NCBI GenBank assembly: GCA_965603825.1 | Contig: CBFDEM010000058.1 | Span: forward strand, 682,001 to 746,000 | Direction: 5' to 3' | DNA length: 64,000 nt | DNA from: Blepharisma stoltei ATCC 30299 | Taxonomy: Eukaryota > Protista > Ciliophora | Part shown: positions 12,191 to 23,356 of the stretch, in pieces | How positions within the stretch are numbered: position 1 is the stretch's first letter | Layout of the letters: every line of letters begins with the position of its first letter | Made by a program: the position numbers and the translations under genes | Notes under the pieces: model-generated | Databases searched by the model: none | What the model was told of the DNA's origin: nothing | Seen by the model: the letters and a program-made list of their open reading frames with translations, nothing else

Positions 12191-13720
12191 ATGGATTATA
12201 GCCTAGATGAAAGCTCAATAGAAGTTCTCAAAAAAGTGTTTGCATGGAGCGATTTTGACGGTGACGGCTTAGTTAGGTAAAAGCTACTCAGTCGCGAAGA
12301 TTTGAAGATGTCAAGCGGTCTTGAAAAAGATGAAGAAGTCGAAGCTTTATTTTTTGCTTTAAAAGAATCATCTGGCTGCAGTAAATTTAGTAGCAGCATC
12401 ACTTTTGAAGAATTCTGCAAAGGAATTATTGATCTTCCTTTCATGCTTGAGCAATTTAAACAAGATTTTGAGGCCACCCCAAAACATTTCAAACCCTTAT
12501 ATGACGAAAGCAGCTTCGAATCCTACGATTTTAATCGGCAAATGAAAGACGACTGCTGCTACAAAATTTCTGAAGGCGCAGGCCTAGATACCATGCTATT
12601 TTTCTTTGACGGCCTCCAAGACACAATTTTTAATTTCAATAAAGCGTTAAGGGGGTCCTTTTCTCCTTCCTCAGAAAAAACTGCTGACGATTTGCTTGAT
12701 ATTTTGTCTGCTATGATAAATCGGCTCCAAAACAAGGCTCAGCGTGATAATTTATCCTTGCTAGAAGACGTATCATCAGGCTGTGCAAGACTTTTTAGAC
12801 TGATGAAAGAAGTAATCCAATATTACGCTGACTCTATGAAAGAGCTGAAAAATAGGCTAAATGAGTCATTGCTTGTGAATGATTCTTTTAAACAGAGATG
12901 CAATAGACTTGAAGAGTCAAATAATAAATTAATTAAGCAGCTTGGCAGATTAGAGCATGAAACCAAAGAAACAAGAATCGCCCATAGTGAAGCTTTAGCT
13001 CAGCAACAAATGCTTCAATACCAGCTTAAAAAAGCTGAAAATTCTGAAGTTGACGCTTTAAACCAAATATCCTCAATCCAAGAAACCATTATTATCAAAG
13101 AAGACGCAATTGCACAGCTAGAAAAAGAAGTGAGAAGGCTTAACAGTATAAAAAAAATCCAAGAAATGAGAGGGACTTTAGGAAGGACTCCACAAGACAT
13201 CAAAAGAATCCAAGTCCAAAAGCAAGAAAACAGGCAAAGTGTCCCAACTTCTTTTAGATTTATAGACTCTGAAGTAAACGGAAGAGCTACCTCAGGTGAA
13301 ACAATTTTAGATTTTAGGATTCAAGCTTTGTCTCACCAATTGAAAATTAAAGAAGAAATTATTCAGAAAAATGAGCAGGAAATTAAAAAAGCAAATGCTA
13401 ATGAAACGGTTATGATGCAGGAAATTGGGCATTTAAAAGCACAAGTTTCGAATTTGTTGATAAGGTTAAAAGAAGAACAGCTGAATAATCAGCTTTATAA
13501 AATAACAGAAGAAGGGGAAGCAGTTATGAGTGATAGGAGTCTGTTTGAAGAAATTGCGGTGCTTGAAGCTAGGAGTGATAGTGTAAAAGAGGGGAAAAAT
13601 AAGAAAGTGGCTGCTTTTGATAGGAGTACACAAACACAATTTAATAGTGAAATGGAGATTATTGGCAGGAATAGGAATCAGAAAACTGATAAAAGGTCAG
13701 ATTGTTGGCTGTGTTTTTAA
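12191..13720 (+). CDS. EF-hand + long coiled-coil protein
   Basis: ATG at 12191. A 15-nt intron at 12277-12291 (GTAAAAGCTACTCAG) restores the EF-hand loop DFDGDGLVSREDL. Second degenerate EF-hand ITFEEF, then a coiled-coil region. Confidence 0.8.
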
Positions 13721-14114
13721 ATTACTAATTAATGTTCTTCAATTAAAATTCTGTCTCAGCAAACTAATTCATTAATGTCAGAAGACATTAGATTGCTCAA
13801 AATTGTTTTAATAAAAGCATTTTTATTCTGGAAATGAGATTTAATTTAGAAAAATGTTCATATTATTAAGTCTGAACTCCTAATTTCTCCTGTCTTTTTA
13901 AAGAGCCTAAAGGAAATTAAGGGATAATAAAAATTAAATATTCTTAAATAATTCTTTAAAGTCTTCATTAAATCTGGGAATTTGTTCTAGAAATTAAAAA
14001 TACTTGGATTAATTTTAGATTTTTTTCTTAAAATTATATTCCTTATTTAGCTGCAAAAGAATTACGACTTTTGTATGTTTATAGATCTTATTAATTTAAT
14101 TTTGAAAAGCATTG

Positions 14115-15614
14115 ATGTTTCCTAATATTAAAATGGAAAAAGTAGCCCATAAAGGAGTTGCTCTCAGCAATATTGATAAGATCATAACTGATGCATGGAA
14201 TTTAAAACCATCTCCTCCGTCAAGCCCTCTACTTAGTACAAAGTCGCAATCGTATATTCGAATATATACCGCAAGCTCCAGATCAATGAGAAAAGATATC
14301 AGTGAATCTGAAAAGTTTACCCAGGCTACACTCTTAACAGGTAGAATTCGCAAAAATACATTTAGCATCAAAGAATTCCAAAAGCAAGAAAAAAATCCTC
14401 ACGAGCGTATTCTCTTAGAGCACAAATATTCAGAAACTCAAAGAAATCTTTTTCAAGCAAAAAGTGACATGCTAGATATAAAGCGAGACATTTCTACTTA
14501 TGAATACGAATTCTGCAATAAAGCATCAGTAGGATTAAAGCTCATCAAAATAAGCAACGCTACATCTGGCTTGCCAAGTGTTATAGAAAACCTCCAAAAT
14601 TTTCACTCTGAAACATCAAGCTATTTAGATTTATTAAAAGTAAAATTTTCTCAAATTCATCAATTATCGAGCATTTCTCCTCAAAAAATTACTAAAGACT
14701 ATACAAAAGAGAACATGAATATCAGAATCACTAATAATTACCATAAGCTTTTTTTAGCTTATCAAGGCTTTATAAACCTATCAAGCATTCGATGTGGTAT
14801 TCAAATATTAACAAATTCTTTGTATACATCAGTGACTGCTATTGCTTTGCTCCCATCAGGGCAGTCATTAAGGACGGTAATAGATAAAAAATTGATTGTA
14901 TCAAGAGTTTCGAAGTTAAAGAAAGTTATATTAACTAATATAACACCTAAGCTGTTTTTATCATGCAGCAGAGATGAATTGTTTTTAAATTGGAATGAAG
15001 ATTATGGCAGCTCATTTTTTACAATTATTACTAACGTCAAAGGATATCCTAAAACAGTTACATTGATGCTTAGAGAAAATGCCAAGAAAGGGTTTGATGT
15101 AGTTTATGGAGAAAGTGAGGTTCACGTTAGCTACTCCCGAATACAGTCCAAACCGTTAGGTCTTTCTACATTAAACGAAATAAAGCAAAAACTTTTCAAG
15201 CACCTTTATTATGACATAAAAGCAGAACATTTACAATGGATCGACCATATTACCGATATTTTTGACAAGAAAGAAAAAAATTCTTTATTCATGGATTTAG
15301 ACTACATATATGAAGTCCTAGGTATCAAGCTTTTCCACTTTAATTCCTATTTCATGTACGAACTCGGCGAAACTGATTATAAAATAGAAATCTGGGTCTA
15401 CAAAGAGCACGCAATGCTAAAAATTTTCAAAAATTTGCAGCTGGTAGGCCAAGCTGAATCTGGGTCCTCCAATTACAAATTCGTCACAAGCCTACAAATC
15501 CTCGATATCATTTCCAGCCCAGTTACGCTATCAAAATCCCTTGAATTTCGCCAATATCTAAAACATCTTGAAGAAGAAATAAGCAGAAATGAGCAGGCTC
15601 CAAAGCTAATATAA
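14115..15614 (+). CDS. Hypothetical protein (~500 aa)
   Basis: Long ORF ending in TAA. The start may be 14115 or 14133. No family recognised. Confidence 0.7.
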   Translation: MFPNIKMEKVAHKGVALSNIDKIITDAWNLKPSPPSSPLLSTKSQSYIRIYTASSRSMRKDISESEKFTQATLLTGRIRKNTFSIKEFQKQEKNPHERILLEHKYSETQRNLFQAKSDMLDIKRDISTYEYEFCNKASVGLKLIKISNATSGLPSVIENLQNFHSETSSYLDLLKVKFSQIHQLSSISPQKITKDYTKENMNIRITNNYHKLFLAYQGFINLSSIRCGIQILTNSLYTSVTAIALLPSGQSLRTVIDKKLIVSRVSKLKKVILTNITPKLFLSCSRDELFLNWNEDYGSSFFTIITNVKGYPKTVTLMLRENAKKGFDVVYGESEVHVSYSRIQSKPLGLSTLNEIKQKLFKHLYYDIKAEHLQWIDHITDIFDKKEKNSLFMDLDYIYEVLGIKLFHFNSYFMYELGETDYKIEIWVYKEHAMLKIFKNLQLVGQAESGSSNYKFVTSLQILDIISSPVTLSKSLEFRQYLKHLEEEISRNEQAPKLI

Positions 15615-15661
15615 TTATATGTACCAATATAAATATAACACTTAATTTATTAATTTTTTTA

Positions 15662-16021
15662 TTAAGTTTTGTGTTCATAAGGGATTTTTGCATCCCCCAG
15701 CAATTTGTAAAAATTCCCTGAGGAGACTGCTTCTAATAAATCAACGAGTCCTCCGAAGTATTGGCCTTTAATAAATATACTGGGGAGGGTGGTGACTTTA
15801 GTAAGATCTTTCAAGGCATTAGCAAAGGTATCCCCATCACTGAGATCGTCTAGTTCTACTACTGTAGGGTCAATTTTCATATCTTTTAATGTCTTAATTG
15901 CCTGCTTGCAGATAGGATCTGTGCTTTTTACATATAACAGGACAGGATTTGCATTTATTTGTGTAAGAATCAGCTTTTGATGTGCAGGATTTGAGCTGAA
16001 AAATCTTGCTAAATATTTCAT
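15662..16021 (-). CDS. Glutaredoxin-like protein, atypical DPIC site, possible mitochondrial presequence
   Basis: Grx motifs TLPSIFIKGQYFGG and an active-site region reading KSTDPIC. Tandem paralogue of the adjacent Grx. Confidence 0.8.
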   Translation of the reverse strand: MKYLARFFSSNPAHQKLILTQINANPVLLYVKSTDPICKQAIKTLKDMKIDPTVVELDDLSDGDTFANALKDLTKVTTLPSIFIKGQYFGGLVDLLEAVSSGNFYKLLGDAKIPYEHKT

Positions 16022-16170
16022 CAGAATGATATTTATTAATTTTATGGAGAAATTATTGGTAAAAGCTGAAATTTGTACAAGTCGGCTTTTGTAATAGAAA
16101 AAAATTTTAATTAATTCATTGAGATTTAGCTATAAATAATAATCAAGAAATAATAAAAATATGCTGATTC

Positions 16171-16533
16171 TTATTTTATGTCCTTAAATTCTACGTTGCT
16201 TTCTTTCAGCCTTTCTTGTACAGCTCCAGATGCCAAACCTTCACTTAAATCGTCATAGCCTCCTATATGAAATCCTCCAATAAAAATATTTGGGACTGTA
16301 TTTTGCATTGTCAGCTCTTTTAAAGCGCTTTTCATTGAGTCTCCTTCTTTTTCTTTATCGACCTCAATAACTTTAGGCTGAACTTGCATAACTTTCAGTG
16401 TAGCCTTTGCCTCCATACAATAAGGACATGACGTTTTCGAAAACATCACTACAGGGCTAGATTTGATGAGTCTCAGCACCATTTGTGTATGCTCTGAGGT
16501 ATGAGAAAAATACCTAAAAAGCGTTTGAATCAT
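16171..16533 (-). CDS. Dithiol glutaredoxin (CPYC), possible mitochondrial presequence
   Basis: FSKTSCPYC, TVPNIFIGG and GGYDDL motifs. Confidence 0.92.
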   Translation of the reverse strand: MIQTLFRYFSHTSEHTQMVLRLIKSSPVVMFSKTSCPYCMEAKATLKVMQVQPKVIEVDKEKEGDSMKSALKELTMQNTVPNIFIGGFHIGGYDDLSEGLASGAVQERLKESNVEFKDIK

Positions 16534-16585
16534 TATAACTATTTGAAATCCATTATTCTGATTTAAATCCTAGCCATAATATTTA

Positions 16586-17863
16586 ATGTCCACGGCCGAT
16601 ATTAACTGCCCTCTAACTTGGCAAGGAGTAGGAGATGTGACAATTTTCCTAGGACTTGTAAGATATATTTAGGTTGGTCTTACCCTAATGGAGCATGGCC
16701 TTGTCCGTGAAGGTTTCAGCAGCCATCTTCTTCTAAAAAATTGGCTTCAGTTCTCAGTAGGTATAGTGGCCTGATGGCTGTTAGGCTATGGTTTTGCCTT
16801 TGGAAACGTCCCAAACAGTGAGTTTATAGGAAAAAAGAATTTTGGAGGTGAAAATTGGCTACAAGAAAGAGATCATAATCACGGCGCTTGTGCTTCATTT
16901 TTCGCATTGTGTGGATTTTTTGTTTTATTTGTAATTAATGGAGCTATCAGTGAAAGAACCAAATATCATGTTTATCAATGGTACGCCTGGTGGGTTATGC
17001 TTTTTGCTTGGCCTGTTGTAGTAGCTTGGTCATGGGGAAGAGGATGGCTTGACTCAGAGCTAGACAAGCCGCTTATTGACATAGCTGGCGCTATTAATGT
17101 TCATCTTTTTGCAGGCGCTTTTGGACTAATTGGAGCAATTTTCCTTGGTCCAAGGACTGGAAGATATAGTTCTTCTCCTAGCGTTTTTCATATGAAATTC
17201 CACGTCGCTTACATTCTAGGAGCTACTTTAGTGATTTTAGGCATATTTGGGCTTAACCAGTCTTTGAGCCCTGATGGTGTTTCTAGAGGTTTATCAGCAG
17301 TCAACACTTGGATTTGTGCAGGAGTTTCATCTATAGTCTCCCTTAAGCTCCTTACAATATGGTCAACAGATATTCACACTCATTTAATAGCAATTTACCA
17401 AGGATTCATTGCAGGGATGATTGCAGTCTCAAATTCAGCTTATAATACTACACCCTGGCAAGCTGGACTATTAGGTCTTATTAGTGGGATATTTTTTGTA
17501 TCTGGATTTTATTTCTGCAGGCTTAACAAAATTGATGACGTTTTGAACGTTACAGCCACGTTCTTTTTCCCTGGGATTTTGGGAGGAATTTTACCTGGGT
17601 TTATTACTGATGATAATGGGTGCTTTTGGCAAGGGATTTCAGGACACACTTTGGCGACACAAGTGGTGGGAGTTATTGTAGTTACGGGATGGTCAATGAC
17701 TTGGGCTGCAATTTTGTTTGGGTCCATGAAGATTTTTAATGCGTTTAGATTGGAAAAAGAGCTGGAGGTGTCAAAACTTAATAATTGTGAAATTAGACAG
17801 ACAGGGTGGAAAATACCTGGGGAACATGGGACAAAAAATGATGCATTGGAAAATCAATCTTAA
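16586..17863 (+). CDS. Ammonium transporter (Amt/MEP family)
   Basis: ATG at 16586, 15-nt intron at 16658-16672, TGA=Trp at 16772-16774 within A-W-WLLGYGFAFG. Motifs DIAGAINVH, LGPRTGRY and IDDVL. Multiple TM helices. Confidence 0.88.
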
Positions 17864-18416
17864 GTTAAATAATATTCGTAAGAATTTATAGAAAATAAAT
17901 GAGCAGAGGTTTTTAAAGTGTAATTTGAGTGGAAATTAAACGAATGTTATTAGTTATAATAATATTAAATAAATTGTAATTTATTTCTAGTTTTTGTTGA
18001 TATAATGCATATGCTAGTTGCGCTTTTTGGATCATCAAGCATGCAATAAATGCTCTTTATATTCAATTTCATTCTGCATTAAATGTAGATAATTTTTAAT
18101 TAATCCTAGTAGTGAAGTAAAAAAACTATACTTTTTCATCGTTAAAAATAAATTTAATCTTCACTTTATATGCTGAAAATTGGTTTGAAATACCATTTGT
18201 TTTAAGGCAGCGATATTACCTTGAGAAGCTGTATAATATTGTTGATAGGTATTACTTTATAATCATCAAAATCTACCAAATATTGCTGTAGATAAATAAT
18301 TGAGACAATTTTTTGTATTTCAAATTATATTTATTAGTAAAAATTGCTTTTATAATGCTTTAGCTTCTAAAGTCAAATATTTCAAAGTATCCAAAAATTT
18401 TGCAATCTTAAATTTT

Positions 18417-18460
18417 ATTGGCGGATTTGTATCCATATCCAAAATTAAGATAATATAAAA
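18417..18460 (+). promoter_or_regulatory. Possible CCAAT (reverse, ATTGG) and TATA-like elements upstream of H2A
   Basis: ATTGG at 18417-18421 and TATAAAA at 18454-18460, about 35-80 bp before the ATG. Weak evidence in AT-rich DNA. Confidence 0.2.
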
Positions 18461-18494
18461 GGCGCTTAGCAAACTATAAATTATAAACTAATAA

Positions 18495-18908
18495 ATGTCA
18501 ACAGTCGGAAAAGGAAAAGGAAGCAGAGGAAAGGCAGCAAGCGCAACTAAGACCTCAAGATCCCAAAAAGCAGGTCTTCAATTCCCAGTCGGTCGTATTT
18601 CAAGATTCATGAAACACGGAAAATATGCAGAAAGAGTAGGAGCAGGAGCACCAGTTTATCTTGCAGCAGTTCTTGAATACTTAGCCGCTGAAGTCTTAGA
18701 ACTTGCAGGAAATGCAGCAAAAGACTACAAGAAAACTAGAATTGTTCCAAGACACATTCAATTAGCAATCAGAAACGACGAAGAACTAAACAGACTTATG
18801 TCAAACGCAATTATTGCTAGTGGTGGTGCAGTACCATTCATCCATCAAGCTTTATTACCAGTACCTGGTAAAGACGAGAAAGAAGGAGGAGCAACCCAAG
18901 AGCTATAA
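18495..18908 (+). CDS. H2A: Histone H2A (H2A.X-like C-terminus ATQEL)
   Basis: [42 protein letters not shown] and [14 protein letters not shown]. Confidence 0.97.
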   Translation: MSTVGKGKGSRGKAASATKTSRSQKAGLQFPVGRISRFMKHGKYAERVGAGAPVYLAAVLEYLAAEVLELAGNAAKDYKKTRIVPRHIQLAIRNDEELNRLMSNAIIASGGAVPFIHQALLPVPGKDEKEGGATQEL

Positions 18909-19093
18909 TGATAACTAATTATTTGAATTCCCCCAATCTCTTGCTTTAAAATAATAATATAAGCACAAAGATCTTCTCTATTTTACAATAACTTTTTTAT
19001 ATTTAACTAAAAATTTACTCTATTCCTATATTAATATTTAGATCAAAAAAAAACTAATTCTCATAGATTATTTAAAAGTTATTATTTTATAAG

Positions 19094-19660
19094 CTAAATA
19101 ACTCCCTTTTTATCTCTCTTCTCTCTTAGCTTTTCATACTTATCCTCCATCTCTTTCTTTTTAAGATCTGCTTTTGGAGTTTCTATTTTGGCTCCATATA
19201 ACAACAATTCTTGTTCTTTAATCTTGAAATAGCTATAATTCAAGCTATTTCTATAGCATAAAGCGAAAATAAGACATAAAAGTATTAATCCACAAGCTGC
19301 CAGCATTGAGTATCTGACTGCGTCTGCGTAGCCTTCTCCAAGTACATTAGAGTAATCTGTATAAAATATAATCCCTAATGCAAACCCAAGCTCACCAAGA
19401 AAACTAAAACTTAGAAGTAAAATGTAGAAGGTGATGCAGTTTCGAGATTTTCTGATTAAATGAGAAATCAATACAAGTATAGTAATCACGACGCCTAAAA
19501 TAATGTATCCTCCATTATACCATGTAAAATTTCCAGCTTCAGCACATACTGCAATGCCCGCCCCAATGTTTGCGAATCCAACAAATAAAAGGCAAAGACT
19601 TGTACTTCTAAGCAGGCAATATATGCATTGGTTCCCTTCAGCTTTTCTAGGTATTTTCAT
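19094..19660 (-). CDS. Tetraspanin-like four-TM membrane protein
   Basis: Four hydrophobic segments and a charged C-tail. The start is 19660 (MKIPRK) or 19696. Confidence 0.6.
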   Translation of the reverse strand: MKIPRKAEGNQCIYCLLRSTSLCLLFVGFANIGAGIAVCAEAGNFTWYNGGYIILGVVITILVLISHLIRKSRNCITFYILLLSFSFLGELGFALGIIFYTDYSNVLGEGYADAVRYSMLAACGLILLCLIFALCYRNSLNYSYFKIKEQELLLYGAKIETPKADLKKKEMEDKYEKLREKRDKKGVI

Positions 19661-19899
19661 TTGAATAATTTGATTTATAATCAGATTATAATCCATTTCC
19701 CTCTATGCATGAATATTAATGAAAAAGCAAGGTAAAGAATATGCAAATCTAATAGCGTTTATAATGAAAAAAGCTTTAATATTTTCATCGTTAATTTGAT
19801 ATTTTAATCCCATTTAAAGATTTCTAGCAATACACTTTTTGTCTGACCAGGGGAAAATGCAAAAATGGCCCATTTAGTTTATCATGCCTCTATAATAAA

Positions 19900-20268
19900 A
19901 TGTTGTGTACCTTAATCCATTTAGCACAGCTCACAATCTGCTGGATATACCCAATCTCCCAAACAGTCCACGCATTTGAGACCAGAAATTATTCCCTATT
20001 TTGGATTTCCTATTGGTTTGTCTTTGGGGTCTTAAACTATTTAGAGTCGACCTTCCTTTTCTGGCTTGCTCCGTAAAGATAATATAGATTTTGCGTTTAC
20101 CAAATACTAAGGTCTCTGTTCTGCTTGTGGATGCTCCATCCAGACTACAAAGGAGCTGAATTTATTGAAGAAACACTTTTCCCAGTCGCCTATGAGCAAT
20201 TGAAAGGGATTGTGTCGATGACACCTTTGGGGTAAATTTCATGTAGGAAATATCTAGAAGAGGCTTAA
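19900..20268 (+). CDS. REEP/Yop1/HVA22 (TB2/DP1) family ER-shaping protein; absent from the ORF track
   Basis: ATG at 19900. Reads WIYPISQTVHAFE..WISYWFVFG..E..WMLHPDYKGAEFI after removing 15-nt introns at 20073-20087 and 20232-20246. Stop TAA at 20266-20268. Confidence 0.82.
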
Positions 20269-20416
20269 TAGATTAAATAACGAATATTTGAATAAATGAT
20301 CTTAAGTTATTAAATGATAAAAATTCTTAATTAATTTATATACAACTTTTATAATAAAATGTTAAGAGAATGCTTATTTAATAGCAATTTTTGATATTTA
20401 AAAATAGGATTAATAA

Positions 20417-22075
20417 TTAGTATCTACCTCCTCTATAATTATATTTTGGATATGGATCGGAAAAAGCAGGCTGGCCAAGCTCAAGATTGTCAAGATTCAT
20501 TAATTTTGCCTCAAGATCGACTGGACGGGCTGGCTCAACAGGCGCTGATTGGAAAGTGGTGAAATCCATAGCAGATCTTGGGTTCGCTTTTAGCTGAGAC
20601 ATAGTAGGTCCTTGGCCTTCTTGCAAATTCAAATTTATTTTCATGCTAGGGGTTTGGCTTTGCCCTTGTCCTCCTTGGTGCTGAACATCAGTTTGGTTTG
20701 TCCAAACATCAGCTGGAATTGTAGGGGTTCCCCATGCATTATTTTGCCAGGCAGGATTTGTTTTTGCAGGCTGATTAGTAGGAACAGAAACCCCAGCCCA
20801 TACATTTTCCATATGACTTGGAGGGACTCTTGGGTTTGTTTCAGCTGGTCTTGAATAAGTAGGGTTATTTGGAAATGAGGAAAGGGTATTAGAATATGGA
20901 GGATTTGATGGAGGAATATTTGTATATGTAGGAGGATTTGATGGAGTAATATTAGTATATGTAGGAGGATTTGATGGAGGAATATTTGTATATGTAGGAG
21001 GATTTGATGGAGGAATATTTGTATATGAAGGAGGATTTGATGGAGGAATATTGGTAGGAGGAGGCTTAGAATAAACTGGTGTCTGCCCCCATAGGTCCGA
21101 AGATTGCGTAGGTTTTGGCTCTTGACGTGGAGGCTGGTTCCATAAGGCTTCTAAGCTTGCCTGAGGCGGCTGTGGAGGAAACGGATTAAAAGGCTCAGGG
21201 GCTTTTTGTACTGCAGGCTGACTCCAAATATCTGCTGGTCTCTGTACAGGCTGATTCCAAGCAGGCTCTGGAATTGCTGTATTTTTAACTGTAACAGTTG
21301 CAAACAAATTTCCACCTGGTGGTGGATTAATTTTGGCTGGTGGTGGCATTCTATTATTAATAACCGGTTTTACTGCAGGTGCAGAAAAAATATCAATTTT
21401 AGGCTGCTCATTGATGACAGGCACTGGCTCTTCTATATGCTCTCCTAAATTACTATTTGACTGTCCTCCATAGTCTTGTTGCTGCTGTTCTTGTATATCT
21501 CTTCTCTTTTCTGGGTAAGGATCATAAGACCCTCCTCTCCCATAATAGTCATCCTCATATCTTCTATTACTGTCTGAATAATTCCCATATCTGCCTGAAT
21601 CACTTGACATACCTGAAAATTTGTCCCTGAGCTTTTTGGCTTTTTCCCTTTCTTCGTCTAGATACTTGTGATCTGCAATTAATTGGTTGATATATTTACT
21701 TTTGTCTCTTACGCCGCTGCCACGTTCTTCTCCTCCATCTCTATACGAAAAATCTTGGAGCAGCCTAATTTTGAACCCTTCATCTCTGATTTCGTTCATG
21801 CAGGAGTTTGAGCCGAATTTCAACAAATGTTCTATTAAATTCAAAGCTTTATATATCCTTCTCCACTCTTTTGGAGGCGATCTGAGATATTCCCACGTAC
21901 ATCTCATGATTACGGTCCTTTCTTCAGGGTTGTATGTTTTTTCTGCTATTTCGTGAAGAAGGGTATTCGATGTTCCGTAGTTTTCATCACTGCATACTTC
22001 AGCAATCATGCGTTCTAGTGGGGTTTTTGTGACACGATCTCGGAGACCAAGTGCTATCTTTTTTAGGGAATCCAT
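20417..22075 (-). CDS. ENTH-domain epsin/epsinR-like adaptor
   Basis: ENTH motif WRRIYKALNLIEHLLKFGS...ERGSGVRDKS, followed by a long Pro-rich tail with DIF/DIW/NPF motifs. Confidence 0.9.
   Translation of the reverse strand: MDSLKKIALGLRDRVTKTPLERMIAEVCSDENYGTSNTLLHEIAEKTYNPEERTVIMRCTWEYLRSPPKEWRRIYKALNLIEHLLKFGSNSCMNEIRDEGFKIRLLQDFSYRDGGEERGSGVRDKSKYINQLIADHKYLDEEREKAKKLRDKFSGMSSDSGRYGNYSDSNRRYEDDYYGRGGSYDPYPEKRRDIQEQQQQDYGGQSNSNLGEHIEEPVPVINEQPKIDIFSAPAVKPVINNRMPPPAKINPPPGGNLFATVTVKNTAIPEPAWNQPVQRPADIWSQPAVQKAPEPFNPFPPQPPQASLEALWNQPPRQEPKPTQSSDLWGQTPVYSKPPPTNIPPSNPPSYTNIPPSNPPTYTNIPPSNPPTYTNITPSNPPTYTNIPPSNPPYSNTLSSFPNNPTYSRPAETNPRVPPSHMENVWAGVSVPTNQPAKTNPAWQNNAWGTPTIPADVWTNQTDVQHQGGQGQSQTPSMKINLNLQEGQGPTMSQLKANPRSAMDFTTFQSAPVEPARPVDLEAKLMNLDNLELGQPAFSDPYPKYNYRGGRY
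20898..21056 (-). repeat. Coding 33-nt tandem repeat x~5 (TNIPPSNPP[T/S]Y)
   Basis: The + strand unit GGAGGATTTGATGGAGGAATATTTGTATATGTA repeats with few substitutions inside the epsin tail. Confidence 0.9.
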
Positions 22076-22233
22076 TTTATTATTATGCTAGCTGTTAATA
22101 AGTGTTAGATCAGAACAGGGAAATATTAGATAAATTGCAATAGAAAAAATAATAACATATAGGGATGAGTTGTTATTATTACTGACGTAATTGCAGACAT
22201 ATTTTTTAAGTATAACTAGGTTATAGTAGTTAA

Positions 22234-22857
22234 TTATACTTGTAGATATGTATAAGAAGATCCTTTAGAAATAAAGGCTTGCTTCTTAATAAGATTTCTT
22301 TTCTTAAAGAAAAATCTGTAAACAAGGTAAACCAGAAGCACAATTGTGGATACTTGGATCAGTAAATGTGCATTTAATGTGAAAAGTTCTAATTCCTGTT
22401 TTAGCTTGGAATTTTCTAATTCATGTCCTGAGTGCTCATGATTGAATTTAAGGCTTCTCATATTTTGGGAATTTGGCAAACAGCTGGCAGGTTTATAATT
22501 ATTTTTTACAGGCTCAGGATTTTTTATTTCTTCAATAAATTTCTTCCCTTTAGAATCTTCATTAGAAAATCTAATAAGGTTCAAGAGGGAGAGAGGCTCA
22601 CTTGTTTCTTTTTCATTTATTACATATGAGGTTTTTTGAGCTTCAGCGTCATTAGGTAGTAGGGACGGCTGAATGAAATGCTCGCATTCATCATAAGAAC
22701 ATTTATCTATATGATATTCTGTTCCAGAGTGTGGACGCATTGACCATTTAATCGTGCAGCTTCTGACACAATTGTTATATTTGTCTTGGGCTGAAGCTGA
22801 AATCGCAAGATTTGGGAAAAGCACAAATATTAGGAAAGTAGAAATAAAAGGCTTCAT
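22234..22857 (-). CDS. Putative type I membrane protein (signal peptide, Cys-containing ectodomain, one TM)
   Basis: Hydrophobic N-terminus, CVRSC...C...C, and a TM helix followed by KKR. Confidence 0.65.
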   Translation of the reverse strand: MKPFISTFLIFVLFPNLAISASAQDKYNNCVRSCTIKWSMRPHSGTEYHIDKCSYDECEHFIQPSLLPNDAEAQKTSYVINEKETSEPLSLLNLIRFSNEDSKGKKFIEEIKNPEPVKNNYKPASCLPNSQNMRSLKFNHEHSGHELENSKLKQELELFTLNAHLLIQVSTIVLLVYLVYRFFFKKRNLIKKQAFISKGSSYTYLQV

Positions 22858-23356
22858 TGTCTTATATTATAATTATCGCAGATTAATGTTTCTCCATTAA
22901 GCAATAAAACTACCTTAATAAATTATTAAATTTTATAATTAGCTTCTCTTTAAATTTATTCTCTTATTTTACCATTTATTTCTTAATTATCAGATAGCAA
23001 AATATGAATTTTATATTTAGCTTGCTGTATGGAAATAGTTAAAATAATTTTAGAATATTCTTATATATAAATAAGAAAACAAAATTCGTTTTTTATTTGC
23101 CTATTATAAATATAATCTAAATTTTTTTAAAATTTTATTTTAATTCAATTAAGTCTAAAGACCTAAATTTGTAATTATTCCCATAAATAGCAGGTAAAAA
23201 AAAGAAATTTTTCAGTTTCTGATAGAATCCTTTTTATCATTTAGTTAAACCTTACAAAAATATGATCAAAATTTTATTGGATAGGAAAAATAGGAATAAA
23301 AAATAAATTATGGACCATTGATATCAAGCTAATTTTATCCACAGATTAATAAAATT

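Noticed and set aside
20898-21056. 33-nt repeats as a CRISPR-like array
   Set aside because: There are no spacers. This is an in-frame coding repeat within the epsin tail of a eukaryotic gene.
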